DNA of 64,000 nucleotides from Lama glama (Eukaryota). Positions 1 through 11,833 of this stretch are shown piece after piece (position 1 is the first letter of the stretch; each line of letters opens with the position of its first letter). The notes under the pieces were generated by a model that was not told where the DNA came from, made no database searches, and saw only the letters and a list, made by a program, of their open reading frames with translations. The position numbers and the translations under genes were made by a program. The stretch covers positions 21,392,001 through 21,456,000 of the forward strand of contig CM052816.1 in assembly GCA_028534125.1 (NCBI GenBank), read 5' to 3'.

Positions 1-1419
1 AAGACACATTCCTGTTGACATTTTTTAGCTTAAGCTACACCTACTGGTTCCAAAATATGACCTCAAATGGAGCCCAACAAAGAAACTCTGAAGACCAGGT
101 CCTCCACCAAGTCTAATCTATGGGCTAGGATAAGGATTGGGTTCTCTGCCTCAGATACTATTTGGACTAGGTAGAAGGCCAGCATCAGTGGGTCAGATTG
201 GGCCACAGAATGAGGGAACAATAGCCTATTTGGTCTGGGGTCTCACTAAACTGCTGCCATGGTCGTTGGACGCCTTAGGGGCACAGCTTCACTGTCTTAA
301 GCCTTATTTCCAGGGCAGCCCCTGGAGTCGGGATTCCCAGGCTGAGTCACCATGGTCACCAGGGGCTGTGCTCATAGCACAAGCTCTACTCTTGCAGTAT
401 TTGGAGTTTCCCTGGCCCTCTCCCAGGTCAGCCACTCTGATCCTGGGCCTAGGCCAGAGGAAATCAGTACTGGCCTAGACAAGGAATGCTTGAGGATCTG
501 GCTAGCTGGTTATCTCCAGAGTGGCCACCACTGCTAGTTGCCCCACTCTCTGCTCCTGAGGACTGAGGGAGCTCTACTTGTTTGATTTGTCATTCCAAGA
601 GCCATAGTCTCAAGGATGCAAGTAAGGAGACTCCTATCAAAGATAGGGAGCTCAAAAGCAAGAATTAAGGAAACATGGGCTCACAGGCGACACTGCCCAC
701 CTTTACTGCAGGCATTGCTTTGGTGTGAAGAGGTAAAGGAGGGTCCTGGACCCTGCCTCAACATCCCAAACTCCCAGTCTCCAGAGCCCAGATCCAGGCC
801 CAACCCACAATTCTCCCTGGCCTGAGCTGCAAGCCCTGGGGAGGGAAGGAAGTGGCCGACCCTCACAGCCAGCATTCCTTTGTGATGACGACAGTCTGCT
901 CACTGCCCAAACACCCCATCTGGGAGGGCAGTTCTCAGGGAGCCATAGGGGACTCCCTCCCAAAGAGGCTGCTAACGCCTCTCCTACAGAATGGTGCCTC
1001 CTTCAGCTGCGGGCTTCAGCAAGAGCTGACTGGGCTAAGGGGCAAAGAGAGCTGGGCCCTCCTAGATGCCATTAACTCACTCCATTTCTTCACTCATTCA
1101 ATAAGCACTCACTGAGACCCTCCATTCCAGGCCCTCAGGACCCAGCAAGCCGGACTAGGCAAGCAGGGCCACACCATCAAGGGGCTCCACAAATAAAATT
1201 CACAGAAAGGATAATTTCAGCAATGACAACAGCTATGAAGGCAATAAAACGGAATTATGACAGTGAATGGCACAACTGGGGACCTCAGCCGTTTGAAGGG
1301 GGCCTCCGCATTCCACAGACTCCACCTGCCTCTTTTCATGCATATAAAGCCCTCTCATCCAGATCCACCACGCCCTCTTATGAGAGAACGCCACCTGGGA
1401 AGGGGCTGGGGGCAGGTGC

Positions 1420-2830
1420 ATTCAGGTGGGGCTTTTCCGAGGCCGGTTTTCCCCGGCTCCCGCTGGAACTTCCAGACGGCCAAGGGCCCGCGACACTGGA
1501 TGCTTGCCCGTCCCCCACCCGCCCTCCACTACGGATCCCATCCCACCCCGGGCTGCCGCTGGCGAACCTCTGCGCTCCCGGCGTGGTTCCCGGAAACTCC
1601 TCGATTTCCCTGTTGTCGCTGCATTTGCAAGAAACCGAAACCCAGGCCCCGCCCCTCCGGCGCTGTCCCGCGGAACCCCGCGCGGAGGCTGGGGGCTGGG
1701 CCCGCTCGAAAGACCGGATCGGAACTGGGCAGCTGGTGCGGCCCCTCCCCCACTAGCAGGGCCGAGGCGGAGGTGGGGAGCCCATGAATGCCCGAGCTCC
1801 ACTCCGCGCCCACCCCCAGCGGGCATCGTCCCCAGCGGCTCAGCACCACCCGCACCTCCCATGGGAAAGCTGCGAGTCTAACCCGATCGCTCTGGCTGCA
1901 GCGGATGGCGGAGTGCCCAGCGAGGGTACGCAACGCGGCCTTCCCCTTCAGCAACGTAGAGGTGGGCGCCATTTCTGTGCGCCTACTGTGTGCCCGCCAA
2001 ACCAGGGAGGGGGTGCAGGGGGGAGAAGGAAGGGCTGGGGTATTTACAAAGAACTCTGTACCCTGAGTGTGCTAGCTTCATCTTGCAAAGGTTGAGGGTT
2101 ACAGAGACGCAGAGCAACTTGCCCCAGGTCACACAGTCAGCTGGCTGCAAACCTGTGGCCCGCAGGGGGAGGCTGGGCGGAGGAGGAGGAGGAAGTGCCC
2201 CGGCCGGCTGAGGGCAGGTGAGCCGCCTGGCACCCGCGGGGCAGCCAGCTGGGGAGGGGGAGGGGCGGCCCCAGGCAGCCACCGGGGGACTAGGACGGGA
2301 GGCTTTGCCTTCTCCCGCCCTCCCTCCCTTTCCAGGAAGCCGGCCAGCCCAGAGCCGGCCGCTCACCCCAACTCACCCCTACTCTGGGCTGAGCAGGAAT
2401 GTGGAAGTTGGCCGGAAGGGCTTGTGCCCCCTCCCCTGCAAACGTGTATACGCCCATCTTAGGCCCTAGCTGCACGAGTGGGGGTAACCGCGGGGTGAGG
2501 GTCTCCAGACCAAGACTCGAGTCCCCAGGGCGAGGAAGGGGTGCTACTGCCCCCCTAAAAGGCAAAATAGCCGACCAGGGGCGCTGGCCGTGGTGCAAGA
2601 CCCATCGTTGCCGGGGAGGAAGGTGCTGCTCCCATCCAAACCCACTCCCGGGTCGCGGCCGCGAGCCTAGCCCCAAAGCCTCCCCCTCACCCCCGCCTCG
2701 AGGCCCCTAGGGGCGGATGGGGAGCTGAGGCCTCTTTCCTTCCAACGCAGTGTTTATAAGAAATGAAACTGCACAGGGCATCAGCGGCAGCCCACACTGA
2801 CACCCCGCTCCCCCTCCGGGGTTCCGGAAC
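1420..2830. promoter_or_regulatory. Upstream CpG island / distal enhancer about 5-6 kb upstream of IRF1
   Basis: CpG-dense. Motifs: kappaB-like GGGGCTTTTCC 1428-1438, GAS TTCCCGGAA 1587-1595, ISRE GAAACCGAAAC 1631-1641, GC box 1646-1655, GAS TTCCAGGAA 2330-2338, ISRE-like GAAATGAAACT 2760-2770. Confidence 0.82.
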
Positions 2831-4199
2831 AGCCCTGAGCGCTGGAGCAATCCTCAGCCCACTCTTACATCGCAGGACCCCTAGTGCTTTCCCAGCCAGC
2901 TGCAGCCTCCCACTCTGCGTTTCGGACTTTTTTTTTTTTTTTAACAGTACAGCGTTTATTCTGCTGTGTCATACACCGTTTTGCCAGAGCTATGAGAGGG
3001 GAGGGGCTAGTCTCGTGCCCCAGCACATCCCCAGGGCCAAACCTGGAGTTGACCCAGAGCTGGAGTGCCATTCATATTTGCTGAATGAATTCAGAAATGG
3101 CCTTTATCTCCAAACAGGCTCCTTTCAGGCAGTGATGACGTCTGGATTATATCTTCAAGATTTTGGTTGCTTTCAGATGATTTTATTCCTGTCTTGTGCC
3201 TGCACCTCACAGTTTAGGATTGCCTGCCTCCCAGGTTGCTGTGAAAATTGATGATGGCTGGAAGGGACTTTGAGCATCTAAGAGACCCCTCCCTCTGGAC
3301 TTGGAAGGCTGGAATGCCTGCTAGGAGTTCATCTGCTTTGGGGACTGTAGCTTCTTCTCTAGGTGTCAGGCCCCACAAGGGCCCAGGGCTGCCCTACTGT
3401 CTTTTTGAGAGTTAAAGCCTTCAACTGGTTAAAGCCTTGCTGGGTCCCTTTACTTCAGGACTAACTGGAACCAGAGGGTGAACACTGTGTTCTGAGAGCT
3501 TGAGGGAGGGGGCTGGGAACAAAATTTGGTCCAACAAGAAAGAGGTTCCCATAGGGGTGATCTTGCCCCCAGCAGCCTGATTGCAGAAATCATCTCAGAG
3601 GAGGTCCTGCCAGCCAGTTAGCCCCTTATGCCAGCCCAGAAAACCCAAGGGCCTAATACAGAGAAACTGCACAATAAATTTACCCTCACTGAGTGACGGT
3701 ATAGATGGGAGGTATCCTGTGAGTGAGATCCTGCTCTGGAGCTAACCTCCAGCTAACTCCAGCTGCAGGTGTGAGGGACCCAGTCAGATCTCTTGCAGAA
3801 AAATATAGACTTTGTTCCCTAGAAGGTCACTATCCAGAAGGTGATAAGTAAAGAAAAGGCCACATGAAAGTTAAGGACCAAAGGGTTCTGAGGAGGGGAA
3901 GGATTTCTGGTTGGCTGCTTTGGAGGTGCTTCATAGAAGACCAGGCATTTGCTCTGGGCCTTAAAACAGAGACTGAAATTGCAGTGCATGTGTGGAGGGT
4001 TGGGGAGAGGATGGAGGGAGGGGGAGAACTGAGATTGAGAGAGTTGGGGGGAGGTGAGTGTTGCTAAGTATCTCAGGAAGTCAGGGATGAGGAGCAAATG
4101 GAAGGAGCAAAGACAGGGGAAAAATACAAAGTGTGTTCAGAGAATGTAAATGCAGTGAAAAATTCATGCATTACTGAAAATACACGTCCTGTGACTAAT

Positions 4200-4410
4200 G
4201 TTTTACAGTTTAAAAAGGCGTTTGATAGTCTATCTGATTTCATCATCATAACAATTAGGACAGATGGGCAGAAAGTACCTCAATTTTACAGGTGAGAAAA
4301 CTGAGGCCAAGAGAGGGACAGTAACTTGCCTAACTAAGGTCACACAGCAAGTGGCAAAAACACAAGAACCCAGGCTTTCAGCCTCAAATTCTATGTTCTC
4401 TTTCCACTGC
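4200..4410 (-). mobile_element. MIR SINE
   Basis: Core TTTTACAGGTGAGAAAACTGAGGCC...AAGGTCACACAGCAAGTGGC. Confidence 0.75.
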
Positions 4411-5214
4411 TCTCTAGTTACTGCCAAGGATAGGTGAGCTGTGGGAAAAAAGGCTGGAATGGGACATTTGGGAGTAGAGGTTAGCAGCGATTTGAAAGTG
4501 GGACTAAGGAGTCTGGGGGAACTCAGAAAGCTCCTGTGTGAACCTGAATGTTAGGGAGATCATCAGAGTTAGGGGAAATAATCCTAGTACAGAGGTGCCT
4601 GGAGGGGCAGGCCTGACAGGGAGGAAGTCCTAAGGGGAGGCTGTGGCAACAATAGTCTGATTTGGGGATGTAAATGCAGGACTTAATACAGGGAAGGAAG
4701 ACCCAGAGGAACAGGTGAGGCAAAAAAAAGGAGGATGGGAAAGATTTTACCAGAAAGGGAGCTGGAATTAGGAAGAGAGAAAGCTGCTGGGGGGCGGTGT
4801 GGAAAGGGTAGGCCAAGAGTTCTGCTTGCCTGAGTGGATAGGGTTGTAAGAGAGCATCCAGAAGGCAGCTAGAGCCTGGATTTGGAGGTCACCTGCCCAG
4901 AGGAGATGGCTAGAGTTATAGAAAGTGAGTATTTTCAGTCAGAGAGAAGAAAAGGCAAGCCCTAAATTATTAAGAGAAACCTAGGGAAGACAATATGTGT
5001 TTTGCCCAGCTTCATAGGGAATGTGTGATACATCTTAGCACGGGATTCATCAAGAGCAGTCACAATAAAAATTTGAGACACTTAAACAGGGGTTAGCTTT
5101 CTTTCACTGATTTGGAGCATAGCACCTCTAATCAGGATAAGCAGATTCTTATAGGCCTCAAGATTACATAAGAATCCCTAAAATTAAAAGTTAGAAAAAA
5201 AAGAAGGAAAAAAA

Positions 5215-5550
5215 AGGCAAAGAACACTTCAAAGATGTAATGACAATTTCATTGGTAAATCCTAGCACTGGGGAATTTCTTAGCAAAAAAGTTATTGATG
5301 TGTGCAAAGATTTTAGCTACGCAGTGCTGAAAAAACGGAAATAACCTAAATGTCCTACAATAGGGGATTAATTAGGTAAATTTTTATTTATCCTTGTGAT
5401 AGAATAATAGGGACCCATTACAAATGATACTGCAGAAGTACACTTCATGACACACATTCTTACCCCCCTTGATATAGATACACAAAGATGATTATCTGGA
5501 AATTTAAATAAAGTTCTTGTTTTAGAGTACTTTTTACAGTCTTCTGTTGC
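5215..5550 (+). mobile_element. Old L1 (L1ME-like) 3' fragment
   Basis: AACCTAAATGTCCTACAATAGGGGA-type L1 3' motifs, heavily diverged. Confidence 0.5.
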
Positions 5551-7330
5551 CTTCACAGGGTCAATTTCTCAGACCACATGAGATGCACACTTCATCTCCC
5601 TTACCTCATTCTTAATTTTCCAGTGGCTAAGTCAGGTTCTTAGGGATAGGGCAAGTATCCACTTGCTGCACAGAAAACAGACTTCACAACTCAGGAGCCA
5701 CTTGTTTTCTGTTCTTCTTGCTCAGAAGGTCTTGGTCTGTAGTGTGTTCCCACTCCCTGTCCCACATTAAGCATCTGTCACTTAAAAAGCGCCCTAACCC
5801 TTCTCTCCCTTCCAGGGCCTCAGCACCTTCCACTTTGCTTAACACCCAGCTAGGCTCATTCCTCACAGTTTCTCCTGCCTCTCTGCCTCTCCCAGCTCCT
5901 GCATCCATCAGTATCTGGGAGACAGCTCTGACCCAATCCTGTTCGTTTCCTGGAAACCAAGCTTCGCCTTAGTCATAGCATCAGGATTCTGGTACACCAG
6001 AATTGGATCAACCCATCCATTTCCTCTGTGGGAGGGAGGCAGTAGTGTGACTGACAGGTGGAATGCTGCATCAATGTGTCTATTTATAGCTTGCTACATT
6101 GCAACTGGGTGCTGCTATGGAGGGAGAGCTGCTGTGACAGGAGTGAGACAACGAGCCCCACTTGGAAGAGCGATTTACTTCTGAGTCAGCAGCTTTGGGG
6201 AGGTAAAGGAAGAAACCTTCTGGGCCAGAGTTCTGGATAGAAGAATGAACATTCTGCCCAGCCTCCAAGAGTACAAGTAGGGAAAGGTCTAGTTGTAAGC
6301 ACAAGAGTTAAACAGCTGCCATTCCCAAGGGACCTAGGACCTGGATTCCCCAATCCTGTGGCTAGACCCATGGCTTTGGTCAGCCCTAACCAATTGCCAC
6401 ACGTTGTCCAGACCTCTCTGGGCCAAGCCCTGAGGACTGAGATACTACACCAATGCTGCCACTGAGGGGCTTCTATGCAAGGCCCAGGTGAGGCTGTGGA
6501 GGTGGCCTAAGGCAGGAGTACTAGAAGGAACCAAGGCTACCCCATCCCTACCCTAATTTAGCAATCTTGGCTTCTCTGAAACCTTTTCCCTAAGACCAGC
6601 CGTGGGGCAGTCCCAAGGATGTAGATGGAGAAGTGGAAGAGGTCTGTCCCCCAGTCACTATTAGACTGTGGGCAAGGACCTTGCAAATATAGCATCATCG
6701 CCTGCCCAAGTCGGGCATTGCGCTTTACGGGTACCATCTGTCACTATAAAACAGCAAGTTAAGGTTATTGTTATTTTTCAGTTGAGGAAACTGAGGTCCC
6801 GAGTACCTTGGCAGCAGCAGCCAAACTGGGATTTCCTGTCTTGGCAGCCCCAAGCAGGGTAGGCATTCCTTTACTTCCTCAGGGCAGGTAAGTGACCTGG
6901 AGGTGGGTGGGCCCTCAAAAAAGGGACTGTTTGAGGACCGAAACCCTGCCTTCTTGCCACCTCACCAACGGGTGTGAGGAACCAGGTTGGTTTTCGGGGA
7001 TTCAATCCTGGCGTCCACTCTGAAGAGGATGTCCGGGTGACCCCCTCACTCGCGCTGGGGGTACAGATACCCCCATCCCCTGGGAAGGAGGGCGAGGAGA
7101 CGGCCACAGGAACTAGCAGGCTGGGGGAGTGCAGAGTGAGGGGAGTCATGCGGCCGGGTGCGTTAGGCTTTCCAGGACAGCCTTTCTCAGGGCGAGCTGG
7201 TGTGGGGGTGGAGTGGGAGCCGGTGGGGCGGGCCCGCGGTCGCCCCGGGGCGGCGGCGCCAGGCCGGAGGAGGTGGGGAGGGGCAGCCGCCCTGTACTTC
7301 CCCTTAGCGGCTAGCTCTACAACAGCCTGA

Positions 7331-7341
7331 TTTCCCCGAAA
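7331..7341 (+). promoter_or_regulatory. IRF1 promoter GAS element (STAT1 site) TTTCCCCGAAA
   Basis: Exact match to the classic IRF1 GAS, about 120 bp upstream of the TSS. Confidence 0.95.
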
Positions 7342-7358
7342 TGATGAGGCGGCGCCGA

Positions 7359-7363
7359 CCAAT
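7359..7363 (+). promoter_or_regulatory. CCAAT box
   Basis: GACCAATGGG lies between the GAS and the GC box. Confidence 0.75.
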
Positions 7364-7385
7364 GGGCGCCCCCGCGGCTCTTTAG

Positions 7386-7395
7386 GAGGCGGGGC
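7386..7395 (+). promoter_or_regulatory. GC box (Sp/KLF) GAGGCGGGGC
   Basis: Consensus match in the proximal promoter. Confidence 0.75.
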
Positions 7396-7408
7396 CGTGC
7401 CTGGGCTG

Positions 7409-7418
7409 GGGGAATCCC
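7409..7418 (+). promoter_or_regulatory. IRF1 promoter NF-kappaB site GGGGAATCCC
   Basis: Matches GGGRNWYYCC and the known IRF1 proximal kappaB site, about 45 bp upstream of the TSS. Confidence 0.92.
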
Positions 7419-7457
7419 GCTAAGTGTTTAGATTTCTCGCCGCGCCGCTGCCCAGGC

Positions 7458-7683
7458 AGAGCGCGCCACTCCTTCGTCGAGGCAGGACGTGCGCCCGAGC
7501 CAGGCCGAGCAGAGGCCAGCAGGAGCTGTGCCAGGCCAAAGCCAGCCGTGCCCAGCAGCTCTGCGACCCGGTCCTCTGCCTTCTCCTCGCTCCCACCCGG
7601 AGTCGCGCTCCCTACCCTCGCATAGCAGTCCTCGCCGCTCCAGGACCCTCGGGCGCCGCCGCCGAATAGGGCTTGCTGCCGAG
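7458..7683 (+). other. IRF1: IRF1 exon 1 (non-coding 5' UTR)
   Basis: Starts AGAGCGCGCCACTCCTTCGTCGAGGCAGGACGTGCGCCCGAG, like the mammalian IRF1 mRNA 5' end. Donor GAG|GTGAGC at 7683/7684. Contains no ATG. Confidence 0.85.
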
Positions 7684-8735
7684 GTGAGCCCGCCTTCGCC
7701 GCGGGGGGCACTGGTGGCGTCGAACAAAGGCGCGCGGGGCACCAGGAAATGGGGGCCGAAAACCTCAGCTTAAGAGAGTGGCGGGCGCAGTGTTGCCTGG
7801 GCCCCTGGGCTGTCTCGGGAGGGCGCTGGAGGAGCGGCGAGCAGCGGTGCTGGGAGGGCGGGCCGTGGCGTGGACCGCCCACCCGGCCGAGGTTGCCGGC
7901 GCCGGGCCACTGTCGCAGTAATGTGTGCGCGAAGCCGCCGGCGGCCTCTGGGTGGCCCTGTATGTTGGTTGCGCGCATCACAAGCCCTGCGGGGAAGTCG
8001 AGTGTACGTCCGCTCGTGGGCACCCCGTGATCCCGGCGCCAACTTTCCGCGGACCCAGCTTGCGCCCAGGCCCCAGTTTTCAGGCTGTCTATGCAGGTGG
8101 CAGGGGGCTGGGGCTTACTGTCCTGGGTGTCTGGAGTATCTCCCGGGGCCGCGGAAAGAGGCGCCACAGGTGTTCCTTGGGCCACTTCGCCCGAGGAGGG
8201 GAGCCAGGCGGGAAGGGTTAGCGTCCTGGCCTCTATACAGTGGCTGTCGGGGAGGCTTAGAATAGATCGACTGGTCAGGAGGTAGTGTGCGCTGTCCAAG
8301 ATGCAGGGTGACTGTCTATTAAGGAAGGTGCACAGGTAGAAGCAACAACTCAAGTAGGGAAATTTCTTGGCATCAAGCAAAAGAAGCCCCTCCCTTCCCA
8401 AAGGATTTGAATTTGGGGAGAAAAGTTCTGGTATTAAGATATCTGTGGTTTTTGTCTCTTCCTGCACATAAACTCTGAAACTGTCATTTGCATGCCTGTC
8501 TCCTCCCAAGATTGCCTAGGAGGTGGTGAGGGAAGAGTGTTTTGCTCAAGATACTGAAGAGATTTGGGGGGCAGTTTTATTCCAGAGAAAGCCCCCTTCC
8601 TCATGATTGTAGTACTTGGTACCTAGTCAAGGGCAGGGGAGGGTAACTGAGTGACCTGGGGTGGGGCAGGGTAGTGCCCAGGGGCTGCTCAACAGACTCC
8701 AAACAGGAGCTTTCTGTCTTCTCTTCACAGCAAAC

Positions 8736-8822
8736 ATGCCCATCACTCGGATGCGCATGAGACCCTGGCTAGAGATGCAGATTAATTCCAACCAAATCCC
8801 AGGGCTGATCTGGATTAATAAA
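8736..8822 (+). CDS. IRF1: IRF1 coding exon 2 (exon begins 8731): [29 protein letters not shown]
   Basis: Acceptor TTCACAG ends 8730; ATG at 8736; donor GTGAGT at 8823. Confidence 0.99.
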
Positions 8823-9349
8823 GTGAGTGTAATTCTTTGGGTTTTTCTGCCACTTTTTTAACCTGTGTCCTTTGGGGGACCAAAGCTTCAGATGCAGCTC
8901 AAAAAGGGAAGTGATAGGGAGCACACAGATGTGTTTCCCAGTGGGTCCTGCATGTAGGGAACGTGCAAGACCCAGCCCAGGGCCCCACTGGCCAACTTCT
9001 GCCTGCCTGCCTTCTCAGGAAAGGGACAAGGCAACCAACTGAGGGCACTGACAGTTTTCCAACAGCAAGATTCTCCCAGCATCTGCAGAGCTGGAGTTTT
9101 AGCCTCTCATGAAGGAGACCCCAACAAGCACACACAGCTTATAGGGCTCTAGTCAGATAGGAGACAGAGGAGTGGGCACTGCAGGCAGGAAGATGGCTGG
9201 CTCAGCAGGGGACCCCAAAATTGACCTTGTACGGGTTTTCCAGGCCCCAGAGGCCTCTTGCTAATGCACAAAGGGCAACATAGACCCTGCAGACTTAGTA
9301 ATAACAGGATTAATATATAGTGACATTAGTACACTTAGTTAAGAATAGT

Positions 9350-9600
9350 ATTCACAATAATAGCTAATGTTTACTGTGTACTTACTACAAGCAGGGCAGC
9401 ATGCTAAATATGTTATTTACATTGATTGTGTCATTTAATCCTCAAAATAGCCCTGTGAGGTAGATCCTATTAATATTGCCATTTCCAGGTAAGGAAACAG
9501 AGACACTGAAAGGTAGATAAGGAGATCACACAAAAAGTGTTAAGGCCAAGATTTGAACCAGAGCAGTCTGACTCAAAAATCATACTTTTAACCACTAGTA
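9350..9600 (-). mobile_element. MIR SINE in IRF1 intron 2
   Basis: AATAGCTAATGTTTACTG...TCATTTAATCCTCA...CCCTGTGAGGTAG...GATTTGAACC...GTCTGACTC. Confidence 0.8.
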
Positions 9601-10154
9601 ATGATAACAATGAGACCTTAGCTTTTATATTTGTTACTGTGTTTTTTTCATTTCACCAAAGAGAAAACAGTGAGGGACAAAGAGGTACAGTGACAATGCC
9701 AGGGTCACAAGTAGTCATCATCCAAGTCTGGCCCTGCGCTCCCTCAGGTGTATGGCCACGATGCTCTTTGTAGAAGCCAGTTGTCACAATTGCCCTGAAC
9801 AGTCCCATCTAATAGACAGAGTTCTCACTTCTATGTTGGTGCTGACAAGCCAGAGAGAAGCATCCCAGGGTACTCTGTATGGGTCCCAGCACATCTGTAA
9901 CTAGCAGAAGGAAGTCGTTGCTGAGCTGTTGGTGACACAGCTCATCAGAACCCAGAGCCCCTTCTGAGAGATCTAGAGTGATGGAGTAGCCTGTTCAAAC
10001 CATTCTCAGGATGGGTCAACCCAAGCCAGATGTCAGGGTGAAAAGGGGAAGTCAGCCTTTTCCCAGACCTGGGGGGCTGGGCAGATCAGGCCAAAAACCT
10101 ATGGTCTCTAAGCTGACACAGCCTTGTGTGTATGTGTGCATGTGTGCTGTGCAG

Positions 10155-10254
10155 GAGGAGATGATCTTCCAGATCCCATGGAAGCATGCTGCCAAGCATG
10201 GCTGGGACATCAACAAGGACGCCTGTCTCTTTCGGAGCTGGGCCATTCACACAG
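10155..10254 (+). CDS. IRF1: IRF1 exon 3: [33 protein letters not shown](G)
   Basis: Acceptor GTGCAG, donor GTGTGT; IRF DNA-binding domain sequence. Confidence 0.99.
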
Positions 10255-11066
10255 GTGTGTGTCCTGAATTCCAGCTTAAAAGGGGCCAGGAAGGAGATAA
10301 GGGGAGGTGCTTCTAATACACACACAAGCTCTTCATTGAAGTCTCAGAGCTCCTTGAGATGTTGTACAGGATTCAGGGATGGGCAGGAGGCAGACCTATG
10401 TTTGGGGTGGGCGGGGTGGGGAAGGTCCATCATTTCAACAAGTTCACGAATTAATTTGTGAGGCCAAAATCTTAGAAAGTGTGGCTTCATGGAGTTTGTG
10501 GCTGGATTAAAGTTCTCCCTGGCAAAAGCAGCTGTGAGCAAGGACACTGAAAGAGACTCAGGGCTTCCTTTTTCTTGATGTTGACCAATGGTTCTTGGCC
10601 CAAGGCCCATCTGGTTGGCAGCCTCCTTTTATCCTTGAGGGATGGCATTCTTGGTCCATCTCAGACCAGCCAGCCCACCTATCAGTAAGTATTCTTTGGC
10701 CACTCTCATGTTTGGAAATATCAGATCAGCCCCAGTCCCTATCCTCAGGCTGCTGACAGCCAAAGCAGGGAGACTGGGCATGATCTGGGACAAAGGCAGC
10801 ACTTTTGGGCATATGGGCTCTCCAGTGCTTCTGACTGGGTCCTTCACTGAAGCTTGCTGGATGTGTTTGAGCCAACTCTGGGCATTTAAGAAGCCCTAGG
10901 ACCCAGGGCCTGCACAAGTGTCACCCAGGCATACCTGCTGGTTTGACCATTTTGGATCTATCTCTGGCAGTCTGAGAGCCTCTTGTCTTTCTCCTCCCAA
11001 GCTGGAGAGCAGCTGAGGATCCCCACCTTTAGCCCTGATGATACTCTTCACTTTGCTGCCCACTAG

Positions 11067-11243
11067 GCCGATACAAAGCAGGGGAAAAGGAGCCAGATCC
11101 CAAGACATGGAAGGCCAACTTCCGCTGTGCCATGAACTCCCTGCCAGATATTGAGGAGGTGAAGGACCAGAGCAGGAACAAGGGCAGCTCAGCTGTGCGG
11201 GTGTACCGGATGCTCCCACCCCTCACCAAGAACCAGAGGAAAG
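11067..11243 (+). CDS. IRF1: IRF1 exon 4: [58 protein letters not shown](E)
   Basis: Acceptor CACTAG, donor GTATCA; contains the recognition helix [11 protein letters not shown]. Confidence 0.99.
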
Positions 11244-11357
11244 GTATCAAAGGGCTCAAGGTCCTGAGGAAGCCCTCAGGGAGGGAGGGAAGGAGGAAAG
11301 ACAGCTGGGGCTGGCATGCCTGTCTATACCAAAGCTGACAGCCTTTCTGCCTCACAG

Positions 11358-11407
11358 AGAGAAAGTCCAAGTCCAGCCGAGATGCTAAGAGCAAGGCCAA
11401 GAAGAAG
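11358..11407 (+). CDS. IRF1: IRF1 exon 5: RKSKSSRDAKSKAKKK (basic NLS region)
   Basis: Acceptor CTCACAG, donor GTGAGT; 50 nt. Confidence 0.98.
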
Positions 11408-11513
11408 GTGAGTGTGGTCCTCAATAGCTAGCCTTTGGTCACCGGAAATCAGGATGGGCAGTGGAAGGAGTGCCACGGCAAGCCTGGGCCTAAACTGCTT
11501 TCTCCTTCTATAG

Positions 11514-11646
11514 TCATGTGGGGAATCCAGCCCGGATACTTTCTCTGATGGACTCAGCAGCTCCACCCTGCCTGATGACCACAGCAGCTACACAGCTCAG
11601 GGCTACATGGGGCAGGACTTGGACATTGAACGGGCCCTTACTCCAG
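11514..11646 (+). CDS. IRF1: IRF1 exon 6: SCGESSPDTFSDGLSSSTLPDDHSSYTAQGYMGQDLDIERALTP(A)
   Basis: Acceptor TTCTATAG, donor GTGAGG; 133 nt, phase consistent with neighbours. Confidence 0.98.
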
Positions 11647-11833
11647 GTGAGGTGGGCTGAGTCTGGCAGAGGGACCACATGGGTTGGTGGGATGGCTTTT
11701 CCTCTTGGGTCTAGGAGGCACTGTGCTTGCAGATGGTGGCCTGTTAGAGAAGGCTTCGGGTTGGGGGGATGCTGGGTGTGACGGCAAACTAAGAAAGCAC
11801 ACAGCTCTGACCTACTTTTCTGTTGTCCTGAAG

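Larger units (their letters stand above)
6960..8250. promoter_or_regulatory. CpG island over the IRF1 promoter, exon 1 and 5' intron 1
   Basis: Very GC- and CpG-rich compared with the flanks. Confidence 0.93.

Noticed and set aside
1223..2710. Many overlapping 70-177 aa ORFs on both strands in the upstream island
   Set aside because: Expected from high GC content; no domain similarity or convincing exon structure.
7382..8509. 375-aa antisense ORF across the IRF1 promoter and intron 1
   Set aside because: Begins at a non-ATG codon, lies in a stop-poor CpG island, is low-complexity (P/A/G/R) and has no recognisable domain.
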